Positions 27,181-37,205 are shown, counted from the first letter of the stretch. The stretch: DNA of 64,000 nucleotides from a bacterium (GCA_025782395.1 JALGZD010000154.1:163-64162), one strand, 5' to 3'. Notes: generated from the sequence alone by a model not told the origin. Numbers and translations are program-made.

Positions 27181-29418
27181 ATGCGCGAGCAGGAATCGGC
27201 ACCAATCGATGTGAGGAGCTACGTGCGGGCCGTCTGGAGGCGGAAATGGCTCGTCCTGGTTCCCGTGATCGTGGGTGGGATAGCGGGGTACATCATCGGT
27301 GCCTCGTTGAGTCCGGTGTACGAGGCGACCAGCACGGTTGCGATGCGGGCTCAGGAACAGCTGTCCGAACCGCTCGCCAGACTGGTTGGGCGTTCTCAAG
27401 CCGAGGATCAGCTGTCCCGGCTGCAGGAGAAGGTGAAGAGCGCGACGTTCCTCGTCGAGCTCGTGCGCGCGCTCGACATGACGGACGATCCTGGAGTAAG
27501 GGCCTGGGCGGAGAAGATGCATGAGAAGGATCCGTCTCTCAGCATTGAAGACTACGCTGAGGCGCGGATGGTGCAATTCCTCGAGGCCCGTGTCGCGGTG
27601 ATAAGAACCGCGGCCAACGTCTTCAGAGTGGTCGTGCGGGATCTCGATCCCGACCGAGCGGTCTTGTTGGCGCAGCACATCACAAATGCTTTTGTCGGAT
27701 CTTCGAATCGCGAGCGGCTCGAGAAGATCCGCTCGATCCACGACTTCAGTGTCGAGCAGCTGGTCATCTACAAGCAGAAACTCGAAGATGCTGAGGAACG
27801 CTTGCAGACCTATCAGGAAGGACGGATAAGCGAGGCGGCCGTCGTGAATCCCGTCAACTTGCAGAACGTGGGGCGTGTCGACGTGCTCATCAGCCAGGCA
27901 ATGGTGGAGGGAAGCGACGCAGAGCTCAGGCTCAACGAGAGGCGGAATGCGTTCCGGGATTTCGGGGATGCCGCATACCGCGCCCTGGCTGATGTGACCT
28001 TCGAGGAGTTGGAGAGCCTCAAGAGTCAGCTGGTCTCTCTGGAGTACGAAGTGGCTCCCGCTCTTGTCAGAAGCTCCGGCAACGGTTCTGAGATTCACTC
28101 GCTCTACGCGAGCATCGCGGAGAAGAAGGACCTTCTCAGAAACAGATCCAAGACGCTCGCCGCCCGGGAGGTGCCGGACGCGAGCATCGCCGTTGTCGAT
28201 GCCTTCGCTGAACTGAAGATCGCCGAGGCTGAGGTGGACATGATCGCGCAGCGCAAACGCACGCTCTCGCGATTCATGTGGACCTACACCCAAGGAATGG
28301 CGAACGCCCCGGAGGAGGAACTCGAACTCACGCGTCTCAGGCAGGAAGTCGAGAGCAACAGGGCTCTCTACGCGGCGTTCCTGGAGCAGTCCGCGGCAGG
28401 GCAGATTACGGAAGCGCTGGAAGCAGCAAGAGCCGGAGGACGTTTCGAGATAATAGAGCCACCGACGCGACCGATCGGCCCGGTCGCGCCGGACAGGATC
28501 ATGATCCTGGTGCTCTCAATACTCGGTGGCCTGGTCGTCGGGCTCGGTCTGGTCCTGGCCACGGAGCAGAGCGACACGTCGTTCAAGAGCGTGGATGACG
28601 TGCAGGCCACGCTCGGCCTCCCGGCGTTGGCGACCGTTCCCAACGCGGAGATCTTCCAGAAGATCACTCAGAGAGAGAAGAAACACAGACGCAACAACTC
28701 CAGACCCACTGGCGGTGATCCACAGATCCTGAAGCACATGTTGAGGGAGACGCCGGTCTCATTCGAATTCCGAAGGCTGACGCGCAAGCTCGCGAAGAGC
28801 GGAAGAGGCGTTCCCAGATCGATTCTGGTCACAAGCTCCAACCGCGGCGAGGGCAAGACAACGACGGCGGCGAGCCTGGCCATCACGCTGGCTCGACACC
28901 ACGCAGGCCGGACCATACTCGTGGACTGCGATCTCAGAAAGCCCCGCATACACCGCGTGATGGAGGTAGACAACAGCACGGGTCTCTCCGACGCGATCGA
29001 TCGAGGAAAGCTCGCCGGCGGGGATATCAAGTCGACCAAGCTCCTCAACCTCGACGTCCTCCCGGCCGGGGGTATTCGCGAAGAGGTGACGAGAATCATT
29101 GAGTCGTTCCCCGAGTCACGCGTGATGTCCGAGCTCCTCTCCGAATACGAGCACGTGGTGATCGATACCGCTCCAAACGTGGCTGTGCCCGATGCGCTGT
29201 TCATCGGCGGCCGTGTCGATGCCGTGATCATGGTTCTCAAGGCGGGTATCACTCCGCGCGAGGTTGTCCTGCGCGGGCTCGATCTGCAGCGCGAGGAGAA
29301 GGACAACGTCGTCGGGATCGTCGTGAACAACTTCGAGCACGTGCTGCCGTACTACTACGATTACAAGTACTACGGGTACGGCGCGACGAGTTCGGAGGAG
29401 GACCGAGGAAAGAGCTAG
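27181..29418 (+). CDS. Fused chain-length determinant (Wzz/GumC-like) and BY-type protein tyrosine kinase
   Basis: N-terminal Wzz segment IDVRSYVRAVWRRKWLVLVPVIVGG. Long coiled-coil periplasmic region and a second TM. Walker A SSNRGEGKTTT, A' ILVDCDLRKP, B VVIDTAP. C-terminal Tyr cluster PYYYDYKYYGYG. Confidence 0.88.
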   Translation: MREQESAPIDVRSYVRAVWRRKWLVLVPVIVGGIAGYIIGASLSPVYEATSTVAMRAQEQLSEPLARLVGRSQAEDQLSRLQEKVKSATFLVELVRALDMTDDPGVRAWAEKMHEKDPSLSIEDYAEARMVQFLEARVAVIRTAANVFRVVVRDLDPDRAVLLAQHITNAFVGSSNRERLEKIRSIHDFSVEQLVIYKQKLEDAEERLQTYQEGRISEAAVVNPVNLQNVGRVDVLISQAMVEGSDAELRLNERRNAFRDFGDAAYRALADVTFEELESLKSQLVSLEYEVAPALVRSSGNGSEIHSLYASIAEKKDLLRNRSKTLAAREVPDASIAVVDAFAELKIAEAEVDMIAQRKRTLSRFMWTYTQGMANAPEEELELTRLRQEVESNRALYAAFLEQSAAGQITEALEAARAGGRFEIIEPPTRPIGPVAPDRIMILVLSILGGLVVGLGLVLATEQSDTSFKSVDDVQATLGLPALATVPNAEIFQKITQREKKHRRNNSRPTGGDPQILKHMLRETPVSFEFRRLTRKLAKSGRGVPRSILVTSSNRGEGKTTTAASLAITLARHHAGRTILVDCDLRKPRIHRVMEVDNSTGLSDAIDRGKLAGGDIKSTKLLNLDVLPAGGIREEVTRIIESFPESRVMSELLSEYEHVVIDTAPNVAVPDALFIGGRVDAVIMVLKAGITPREVVLRGLDLQREEKDNVVGIVVNNFEHVLPYYYDYKYYGYGATSSEEDRGKS

Positions 29419-29461
29419 CGGGAGTTGCCGAGCGGGAGTCGGAGTCGTGTCAGGAGGAAGC

Positions 29462-30649
29462 GTGCCCAGAGTCCTTGCCATATTCGGCACTCGGCCTGAG
29501 GCCATCAAGATGGCGCCGGTGATCTCCGAACTCAGGCGCCACAAAGACGCGTTGGAATCGATGGTCTGCATCACCGCGCAGCACCGGGAGATGCTGGACC
29601 AGGTGCTTGATTTCTTCGGCATCGTTCCGGACGCGGATCTGAACATCATGCGCAAGAGCCAGGCGCTCTGGCAGATAACGGCAGACGTCCTCGAGGGGCT
29701 CGAGACCATACTCGCGGATCTCGCCCCGGATCTCGTGCTTGTTCACGGCGATACGACGACGACCATGGCCGCGGCCCTCGCGAGCTTCCACCATAAGATC
29801 CCAGTCGGCCACGTCGAGGCGGGCTTGAGAACTCACAACAGGTACTATCCTTTTCCTGAGGAGATGAACCGTGTTCTCGCCGATTCGCTCTCGTCGTATC
29901 ACTTCGCGCCGACGTCGGAGTCGAAACGGAATCTCCTCAAGTCCGGAGTGTCCAGGGAGTCGATATTCGTCACAGGGAACACGGTGATAGACGCCCTTCT
30001 GTCGGTTTCTGACGACCCCCGTCTGCCTGACCTGCCGGTTTCAGGTGGGGGTCGGATGGTTCTCGTCACCGCGCACCGTCGTGAGAACTTCGGCGCTCCG
30101 CTCGAGGGGGTGTGCAGGGCTCTTCGGGCGGCCGCAGACCGCTTCCCCGATTTGAGCGTAGTTTACCCGGTGCATCTGAATCCGAACGTACAGCGGCCGG
30201 CGCGATCGATCCTGGGCGGTCACGATCGAATCCACCTTCTCGATCCCGTCGCATACCCGGTTCTCGTCAGGCTCCTGAAGGAGGCGCACATCGTCGTCAC
30301 CGACTCGGGAGGCCTTCAGGAGGAGGCGCCCGCTCTCGGCAAGCCGGTTCTCGTTCTCAGAAACGAGACCGAGCGGCCGGAAGCGGTCACCGCGGGAACC
30401 GTGCGATTGATCGGGACGGATGAAGGCGTGGTGTTCAGCGAGATCTCAAACCTGCTCACCGACGATGCGCGCTACCGACGCATGGCCACTGCCGTCAATC
30501 CGTACGGTGACGGTCGCGCGAGCGAGAGAATCGCGTCAGCGATAGCAGGTGTGTTCGGGCTCAACGGATTTGAGCCGTTCGACGCGTTCAGTCCTGGTCT
30601 CTACGGCGGTGCCGCCGACACAGGCAGTGTGCCGAGACCCATTCCCTAG
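29462..30649 (+). CDS. wecB: UDP-N-acetylglucosamine 2-epimerase (non-hydrolysing)
   Basis: (V)PRVLAIFGTRPEAIKMAPV N-terminus with GTG 29462 after AGGAGGA. HGDTTT and HVEAGLRT motifs. NPYGDGRASERI at the C-terminus. Confidence 0.88.
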   Translation: MPRVLAIFGTRPEAIKMAPVISELRRHKDALESMVCITAQHREMLDQVLDFFGIVPDADLNIMRKSQALWQITADVLEGLETILADLAPDLVLVHGDTTTTMAAALASFHHKIPVGHVEAGLRTHNRYYPFPEEMNRVLADSLSSYHFAPTSESKRNLLKSGVSRESIFVTGNTVIDALLSVSDDPRLPDLPVSGGGRMVLVTAHRRENFGAPLEGVCRALRAAADRFPDLSVVYPVHLNPNVQRPARSILGGHDRIHLLDPVAYPVLVRLLKEAHIVVTDSGGLQEEAPALGKPVLVLRNETERPEAVTAGTVRLIGTDEGVVFSEISNLLTDDARYRRMATAVNPYGDGRASERIASAIAGVFGLNGFEPFDAFSPGLYGGAADTGSVPRPIP

Positions 30650-30660
30650 GAGGAGTGGCG

Positions 30661-31428
30661 ATGGTCGTGGTCATGCTTCCGGCCTACAACGAGTCGGATT
30701 CCATCGGTCCGCTCCTTGAGCGGATCGCGCCGGTTCTGAGTGGTCTCGACGATCGAGGATCGGTGCTTCTGGTGGATGACGGCAGCTCCGACTCAACGGC
30801 AGAGCTGGGGCGGGAGAGAGCCGAAGCCCTCGCGGTTGATCTTCATGTTGTGATCCACGACGTCAACAAGGGGTTGGGCGAGGCGCTCAAGACCGGTTTC
30901 TCGTGGGCACGGGACCATCTGGCCGGGGGCGACGTTCTCGTGGTCATGGACACCGACAATACTCACGACCCGGAAGTCATCCCATCGATGCTGGCGAAGA
31001 TCTCCAAGGGGTATGACGTGGTCATCGCCTCACGCTACGCGCCCGGCGGGGAGGAGATCGGACTCTCGGGGCTGCGGGCTCTCCTGAGCAGGGGAGCAAG
31101 CCTCATGCTGCGGATATTTCTTCCGGTCAAGGGCGCGCGCGACTACTCGTGCGGATACAGAGCGTACAGAAGCTCCGTCATAACGCGGGCTTTCGAGACA
31201 TACGGCGACGAATTCATCACGGAAAAGGGATTCGTCTCATCGGCTGAGATACTGATCAAATGCGCCTACCTTCCGGCAAGGGTGGGAGAGGTGCCGCTCG
31301 TGCTTCGATACGACCTCAAGGGCGGGGCGAGCAAGATGAACATTGGTGACACAATTGGACGCTATCTCAGGATGATCGCCGCCGGGAGACGGGCCATCCG
31401 AAGACAGCAGAGGGGGGCAACCGCATGA
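30661..31428 (+). CDS. GT2 polyprenyl-phosphate glycosyltransferase (DPM1/ArnC-like)
   Basis: VVMLPAYNESDSIGPLL, LLVDDGSSDST and VVMDTDNTHDP (DXD-like). ATG 30661 lies 7 nt after GGAGG. Confidence 0.8.
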   Translation: MVVVMLPAYNESDSIGPLLERIAPVLSGLDDRGSVLLVDDGSSDSTAELGRERAEALAVDLHVVIHDVNKGLGEALKTGFSWARDHLAGGDVLVVMDTDNTHDPEVIPSMLAKISKGYDVVIASRYAPGGEEIGLSGLRALLSRGASLMLRIFLPVKGARDYSCGYRAYRSSVITRAFETYGDEFITEKGFVSSAEILIKCAYLPARVGEVPLVLRYDLKGGASKMNIGDTIGRYLRMIAAGRRAIRRQQRGATA

Positions 31429-31784
31429 AGGGAATTCCACTGATCCTTCTGGCTGTGATGCTCGGCGCAACCGGTCAGATCATCATGAAGAAAGGGATGA
31501 TGATCTACGGCGAGGTCTCGGCAGGATCTGTCTGGAGCCAGCTCGTTCCGATACTCAAAGTGCCCCAGGTCTTCATCGGGTTTCTCTGCTACGGCATCAG
31601 TGCTGTGCTCTGGATCGCGGTCGTCTCGAACGTCGATCTGAGCCTGGCGTATCCAATGGTGAGTCTGGCGTACGTCATCGTCTTTGTTGCTTCGTGGCTT
31701 CTGCTCGGTGAGCAGATATCCGCGCTGCGTGTGGCGGGACTTGTGATCATCATCGCAGGAGTGCTCGTCATCTCAAGGAGCTAG
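31425..31784 (+). CDS. Small 4-TM DMT/EamA-like membrane protein (ArnE/ArnF-like putative lipid-sugar flippase subunit)
   Basis: 119 aa with four hydrophobic helices. LLAVMLGATGQIIMKKGM and SLAYPMVSLAYVIVFVASWLLLGEQIS resemble half-size EamA transporters. ATGA-type overlap with the GT2 gene. Confidence 0.65.
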   Translation: MKGIPLILLAVMLGATGQIIMKKGMMIYGEVSAGSVWSQLVPILKVPQVFIGFLCYGISAVLWIAVVSNVDLSLAYPMVSLAYVIVFVASWLLLGEQISALRVAGLVIIIAGVLVISRS

Positions 31785-33623
31785 GTGTTGAACAGGCGTG
31801 CCGAAATCGCGACGCTCATCGCAATTCTTGTGGGGGCCTCCGTGATCCGCTTCTGGGGGATTACGTGGGGCCTCCCGCACGCCTATCATCCGGACGAGGG
31901 CTCGATCCTCTTCCACGCGCTCGGCTTCGGCACCGGCGACCTGAACCCACACTGGTTCCGCTGGCCGTCCCTGACCATGTACGTGATGTTCGGGATCTAC
32001 GGCTGTTACTACGTCGTCGGGAAGATCATGGGGACGTTCTCGATCCCGCCTGACCTTGTGAAAGCCTATCTCACCGATCTCTCGCCCTTCTGGCTGATGG
32101 GTCGCATCGTGTCGGCGGCATCCGGGGTAGTAACGGTCTGGATCACGTGGCTCTTCGGTCACAAGTCGTTCGGAAGCTACGTGGGGCTGACCGCGGCCGC
32201 GATTCTCGCTCTTCTTCTTCTCCATGTTCGTGATTCACATTACGCGACCCCCGATGTGATAACGGCCATGATAGCCGCCGGCTCACTCCTGGCCGCGCTC
32301 TACGCGTGCCGCTCTACGCGGCCGTGGTTCCTTCTTCTGTCAGGACTCCTGGCGGGGCTCTCGGCATCGGCCAAGTACCCCGGAGTGCTGGTGTCGGTCG
32401 GAACGCTGGTCGCCCTGGTCGTGGTTGTCAAACGGAGGCGGGGGGGTCTCTGGCTTCTGCCTGCGTCCGGGATCGCCGTCATCACCGGTTTTCTCATAGG
32501 GACTCCGTACGCGCTCTTCTCCGGCAGCGAGTTCGCGAGAGACGTTGTGCGTCAGTTCACAATGGTCTCTGAGGCTGGAGTTGCCCAGGAAGCCTCATCA
32601 TACCTTGTCGGCCTGCGCGAGATTTTCGTGGAGAGCCTGGGCCGAGGCATCGGGTGGGTAGTGATGCTGATGGCTGCTGCGGGCGCGCTCCTGCCGATCG
32701 GGCTCTGGCGCGCAAGGCTCAACTACGCTCAGCGCAGGCGGTGGCGGCCGGACGCGCTGAGGGGGGAGCCGACGATCGCGGATGCGGCTTCGGCCAGAGC
32801 GATCGCCGTCTCCTTCTCGATCACGGTTCTTCTGGTCATGAGCCTTCTGACGGTCAAGCGAGCGACGTATCTCACGCTGGCGCTGCCCGCGGTGGCTTTC
32901 CTGGCAGCCGTTGGGTTGGAGGGGCTCTTCGCCCGCCTCGCAGCGCAGCGCTACCGTGCATTCGCGGCGGCGCTCGTGGTCATCGTGGCGACGGGGGTCC
33001 CGTCGGTCAGATACTCGCGTGCGCTGGCGCTTCCCGACACGCGCACGAGGGCGAAGGAGTGGGTGGAGGCGCACGTGGAGCCGGGCACCGGAATCGCGCT
33101 TGAAGACTACGGGCCGGTGCTGAATCCGACTGTCCATCAGCTCGAAGCGGAAATGATGGCAGGTAGCACGGCCATCGAGTCCTGGCGGGGACCGAAGCGG
33201 GCGCTGAACGAGATGAGACTGGATTTGGGGAGGTCGCGGGAGCCAAGGTACGAGCTCTACGGAATCGATTGGGGCAGGGAACCGTTCCGCTTGCCGGGCG
33301 CTGCAAGTGATCCGGCTGGGCTTGCCGCTGCCATCGACAGCCTCGGTGTGCGCTACGTGATCCTCAGCAGCAAGGCAGCTCCGTGGAGAGCAATGACCGG
33401 GGCCGAGGCGCCGGCCAGACCGGCGGGGCAGGAGTTTTCTCTCTGGCTTCTCGATAACGCTGTTCCCATCGCCGTCTTCGGCGACGAAACCTCGATGCCG
33501 GTGATCGATCGCGGGCGAGGCAGGTCGTTCCACAATCCGATGATAGAGATCCATGAGATCAAGAGGCCGGCAGATAAGCGGCCGGCAGAGAAGATACCAG
33601 CAGAGGAAGAGACAAGTGGCTGA
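31785..33623 (+). CDS. GT39/GT83-like (PMT/ArnT-type) polytopic glycosyltransferase with large C-terminal soluble domain
   Basis: First-loop acidic motif GLPHAYHPDEGSILFHALG. At least 10 TM helices. A hydrophilic C-terminal domain of ~200 aa ending in KRPADKRPAEKIPAEEE. Confidence 0.7.
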   Translation: MLNRRAEIATLIAILVGASVIRFWGITWGLPHAYHPDEGSILFHALGFGTGDLNPHWFRWPSLTMYVMFGIYGCYYVVGKIMGTFSIPPDLVKAYLTDLSPFWLMGRIVSAASGVVTVWITWLFGHKSFGSYVGLTAAAILALLLLHVRDSHYATPDVITAMIAAGSLLAALYACRSTRPWFLLLSGLLAGLSASAKYPGVLVSVGTLVALVVVVKRRRGGLWLLPASGIAVITGFLIGTPYALFSGSEFARDVVRQFTMVSEAGVAQEASSYLVGLREIFVESLGRGIGWVVMLMAAAGALLPIGLWRARLNYAQRRRWRPDALRGEPTIADAASARAIAVSFSITVLLVMSLLTVKRATYLTLALPAVAFLAAVGLEGLFARLAAQRYRAFAAALVVIVATGVPSVRYSRALALPDTRTRAKEWVEAHVEPGTGIALEDYGPVLNPTVHQLEAEMMAGSTAIESWRGPKRALNEMRLDLGRSREPRYELYGIDWGREPFRLPGAASDPAGLAAAIDSLGVRYVILSSKAAPWRAMTGAEAPARPAGQEFSLWLLDNAVPIAVFGDETSMPVIDRGRGRSFHNPMIEIHEIKRPADKRPAEKIPAEEETSG

Positions 33624-33657
33624 GCCCGGACGAGGGACGAGACCAGCGATCAGCGGC

Positions 33658-35106
33658 ATGGCACCGCCGCAGATGCGACCGCCGAGTCAGGTACCGCAGT
33701 ATAGCTACGGATGGCTGATGCCGGTGCTCGGCGCGTTGCTCGCGCTCGTGCTCGCGTTCGTTATGTTCAAGCTTCACTACACCTACGGGCAGGCGCCGCA
33801 CCGGATAGTCAAAATGATGATCGGGATGGTGCTCGTTCTGTTCGCGTTCTTCAAACCGAAATTCGCTGTCCACGCGTGGCTCCTGGCCATACCCATTGGG
33901 GAATGGCTCCCGTCGTCCGGGATACCCGGTTTGAACGGCCCGAACCTGCTCTTCATCGTCCTGCTCCTGAGCTGGGTCGTGCCGAGGATCATGACGGGTG
34001 AGCGGATCATGGTCCGGACCAGGATAGCGGGACCACTCGCGCTCTTCGCGGGGCTCCTTTTTCTGTCAGCAGTGCATGGGATACTGTTCCCACCTGGGAG
34101 CGGTTACCAACTCGTCGCCATGATGAAGGCCGCGTGGCAGAGCGTCCTGGGGTTTTCCATCTACTTCATCGTTGCGAATACTGTGAAGGATGAGAAAGAG
34201 ATCAGAAGCCTCCTCATGACTCTTGCCGTCGGTGCGATTCTTGGAGGGGTGATCGCTGTCAGGCAATACCTGGCGTCGGGTGATGCAACCAGAATAGCCG
34301 GGGCGTTGGGAGACGTGAATGATCTCGCAGCGTATTTCGCGATGGTGGCGGTGTTCCTTATTCCTGTGGCGACGGTGCCGGGGACCCTCTCGTTCATCCG
34401 CCGCGTCGTTCTGCTTGGAGCGGCCGGGCTCGCGACTCTGACGACATTCATGCCCAAATCGCGCGGCGCATACATAGGACTGGGTCTGGCAGTGCTCTAC
34501 CTCGCAAATCGGATCAGCAAAAGGGCGCTTGTTGTTGTTCTGGTTGTCATCGCGTTGAGTCCACTGTGGGCGCCGGACTCAGTGAAGGACAGGGTTGCGG
34601 AGACGCGCGCGGATGACTTCGAGATGCATCTCGTAGGAGACGCGACCGATCGGCTTGATCCTTCCTCCGCCGTCAGGCTCGAGATATGGGGCGTTGTCAT
34701 GAGGGAGTTCGTCAGAAGCCCCATCATCGGGCACGGCTACGCCTCGATTCCGTACCTGACCTCCAAGGAGATGGACAAGCCGTGGTCCGCACACAGCCTG
34801 TACGTAGAGACGGCAGGAGAAATGGGATTGGTGGGCTTGCTTGCGCTCACATGGCTCTTTCTTTCGTGTGCCAAGAGCGGACGCGAGCTCATGCGGGTGG
34901 CGAGCAGTGTGCTTAACAAGAGATTGGCCATTGGTTTTCTGGCCGCGACCGTGGCTCTGCTCATTACGAACGTGTTTGGCCAGAGACTGACTCACATTTC
35001 AATCGGTGGAACCTATTTCTTCGTCGCAGGACTCGTCGACAGATGCATCTACTTCGAGCGTGAGAGACGCGCCACGGAGGATGCGAAAGGGGTGTTGGCA
35101 GCATGA
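33658..35106 (+). CDS. O-antigen ligase/polymerase-like (Wzy_C) membrane protein
   Basis: Polytopic. Wzy_C-like segment MPKSRGAYIGLGLAVLYL ... GHGYASIPY ... SAHSLYVETAGEMGLVGL. Start ATG 33658 (alternative GTG 33616). Confidence 0.75.
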   Translation: MAPPQMRPPSQVPQYSYGWLMPVLGALLALVLAFVMFKLHYTYGQAPHRIVKMMIGMVLVLFAFFKPKFAVHAWLLAIPIGEWLPSSGIPGLNGPNLLFIVLLLSWVVPRIMTGERIMVRTRIAGPLALFAGLLFLSAVHGILFPPGSGYQLVAMMKAAWQSVLGFSIYFIVANTVKDEKEIRSLLMTLAVGAILGGVIAVRQYLASGDATRIAGALGDVNDLAAYFAMVAVFLIPVATVPGTLSFIRRVVLLGAAGLATLTTFMPKSRGAYIGLGLAVLYLANRISKRALVVVLVVIALSPLWAPDSVKDRVAETRADDFEMHLVGDATDRLDPSSAVRLEIWGVVMREFVRSPIIGHGYASIPYLTSKEMDKPWSAHSLYVETAGEMGLVGLLALTWLFLSCAKSGRELMRVASSVLNKRLAIGFLAATVALLITNVFGQRLTHISIGGTYFFVAGLVDRCIYFERERRATEDAKGVLAA

Positions 35107-37121
35107 GACGCACCATCACGTTCACTCTTGTGTTTCTGGTAGCAATGGCCCTGGCCGTTCCGTCTCTTTCCTACACCGTGACGACCAGCCGCCCACGGAT
35201 GTTCTTCCTGTCGCAGGATGTGCCCGAGCTCCGAGCGAAATGCGGCGGGAGCTTGGCCGCTGACTACGGTGCGCTGAAGAGCTGGTGTGACAGCGAGATG
35301 AGCGCATCGCTACCACTCTCGCTGTACCACTTGGACAAGCACCTGGCCGCCTTCAGCTTCGTCTGGGTGATTGAGCAGAACCCCATCTACGCGGAGCGCG
35401 CCAAGGCGATAGCCGAGGCCGCCGTGAATAGCGGGCAAGCGGACGAACTCGAGTTCCTCAGGTCGGGTTCACTGTTCTTCGACTGGTGCTACGGGTATCT
35501 GACGGCGTCCGAACGGAACACCTTCGGCACGGCGCTGGCCGAGGGAGGACTGGCGCGGATTGGTGCCGAGAGCTGGGATCAGATGAACAACTACCACTCC
35601 AAGGTGTCAAGGTTGAGGGAGTTCGCATACACGGGGCTCGCGCTGTACAGGGCCGGCGTCGCCGACGACGCGGCTGAGACGCTCTGCGACATGTTCCACG
35701 AACACGCATACGGAAGCTCCCACACGCTCTGCTGCATCAATGAGATCGCGAGTGACGGCAGCTATTTCCAGGGCGGGTACAATGAGAGCGGGCTCGTGTC
35801 GAAATTCCGGGAGGCGTGCGACGTCTGGGCGACGGCCACCGACCAGAACCCGTTCGAGGACAGCACGAACCTACAGAACCTAGCCTCCTATCTCCTCTAC
35901 GAAACCGGCGCGCGGTCCGGACCGGGGGGCAGCGCACGTCTGCGGGGGTCGCGGCAGGGCGACACCCACGAACACGCGTCCTCAGAGGCTGTTCATAGAC
36001 TGGCGCTCTACGATCTGGCCAGTCGCTATCAGGACCGCAGAGCTCAGTGGATGGCCGACGCGATTGACGCCCAAGGACTTGGGTATTTGAGCAGCTACGA
36101 TCGCTGGAAGATCATCGTCTATAAGGACACGAGTCTCAGTCCTCTTCCTCCCACGGACCTGCCAACGGCTCGGTTCTTCAGTGGAATCGGGACCGTCTAC
36201 ATGCGAACGGGCTGGGATCTGTCCGAAGCCAGCAACGACATCTACGCCGTATTCCGATGCGAGAAGTACCCTGCGGGTCACACACACGCCCATCAGAATC
36301 ACTTCCTGATAGCTCGAGGGGGAGATCTGCTTGCAATCGACTCCGGCGTCTACGACAGCACCATCTCGAATCATCACTTCAACTACTTCGAGCGAACGAT
36401 AGCCCACAACTGCATGACGATCTACGACCCCGGCGAATCTACGTTCGGCTCTCGCTCAAATGACGGAGGGCAAATTCCTCCGTCGCTCTATGATCACGGC
36501 ACCTTCTGCGGTGATGCATCGCAGCCCGGCTACGATCGCGGCAGCATTGTTGCTTTCCAGGACTACGATGCTTTCACCGTGATCAAGGGCGACGCCACTG
36601 CCGCGTATGCTTCGGGGAAGGTCGATCTGGTGGTCAGAGAGTTCGTCCACCTGAAGCCGGACGTCTTCGTCATTCTCGATCGTGTGAATGCTACGGCGGC
36701 TGGTTTCCAGAAGAAGTGGCTCATTCACTCGATCAACGAGCCATCCGTGGCCGGCGGTCTCGTGACCATACAGGAAGGTGATTCGAAGCTCTTCGTGAGG
36801 ACACTGCTTCCGGAGAGCCACGCCGTCACGAAGGTGGGCGGTTCCGGGCACGAGTTCGAGGTCAACGGAGTCAACTACGCGCCGTCCGGGACTGCTTCCG
36901 AAGACGCCGGTTCCTGGCGCGTCGAGGTGTCCCCGACGCAGGCCTCCGAGGAGGACCTGTTCCTTCACATTCTGTATGTCGGCGACGCGTCCGAGCAATC
37001 GATGCCTGAGGTTACCCTCGTCCAGACCGGGAACGCTATTGGCGCCCAGGTGAGGGAAGACCTCGTCCTGTTCAGTCTTACCGGGGCCGCCGTCAACTCG
37101 GTCACGTATGAATACCAGTAG
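35103..37121 (+). CDS. Secreted heparinase II/III-like polysaccharide lyase
   Basis: Signal peptide MRRTITFTLVFLVAMALAVPSLS. The N-terminal half appears helical. Heparinase II/III-like motif region KYPAGHTHAHQNHFLIARGGDLLAIDSGVYD. Confidence 0.55.
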   Translation: MRRTITFTLVFLVAMALAVPSLSYTVTTSRPRMFFLSQDVPELRAKCGGSLAADYGALKSWCDSEMSASLPLSLYHLDKHLAAFSFVWVIEQNPIYAERAKAIAEAAVNSGQADELEFLRSGSLFFDWCYGYLTASERNTFGTALAEGGLARIGAESWDQMNNYHSKVSRLREFAYTGLALYRAGVADDAAETLCDMFHEHAYGSSHTLCCINEIASDGSYFQGGYNESGLVSKFREACDVWATATDQNPFEDSTNLQNLASYLLYETGARSGPGGSARLRGSRQGDTHEHASSEAVHRLALYDLASRYQDRRAQWMADAIDAQGLGYLSSYDRWKIIVYKDTSLSPLPPTDLPTARFFSGIGTVYMRTGWDLSEASNDIYAVFRCEKYPAGHTHAHQNHFLIARGGDLLAIDSGVYDSTISNHHFNYFERTIAHNCMTIYDPGESTFGSRSNDGGQIPPSLYDHGTFCGDASQPGYDRGSIVAFQDYDAFTVIKGDATAAYASGKVDLVVREFVHLKPDVFVILDRVNATAAGFQKKWLIHSINEPSVAGGLVTIQEGDSKLFVRTLLPESHAVTKVGGSGHEFEVNGVNYAPSGTASEDAGSWRVEVSPTQASEEDLFLHILYVGDASEQSMPEVTLVQTGNAIGAQVREDLVLFSLTGAAVNSVTYEYQ

Positions 37122-37205
37122 CGACCTGTCGTGCAGTTCGAGAGAGCGTGTGAAGGTGCGTAGGAGCAACTCCGAGTAGGACCGACGAGTGCTAAAGGGG
37201 AGAAC

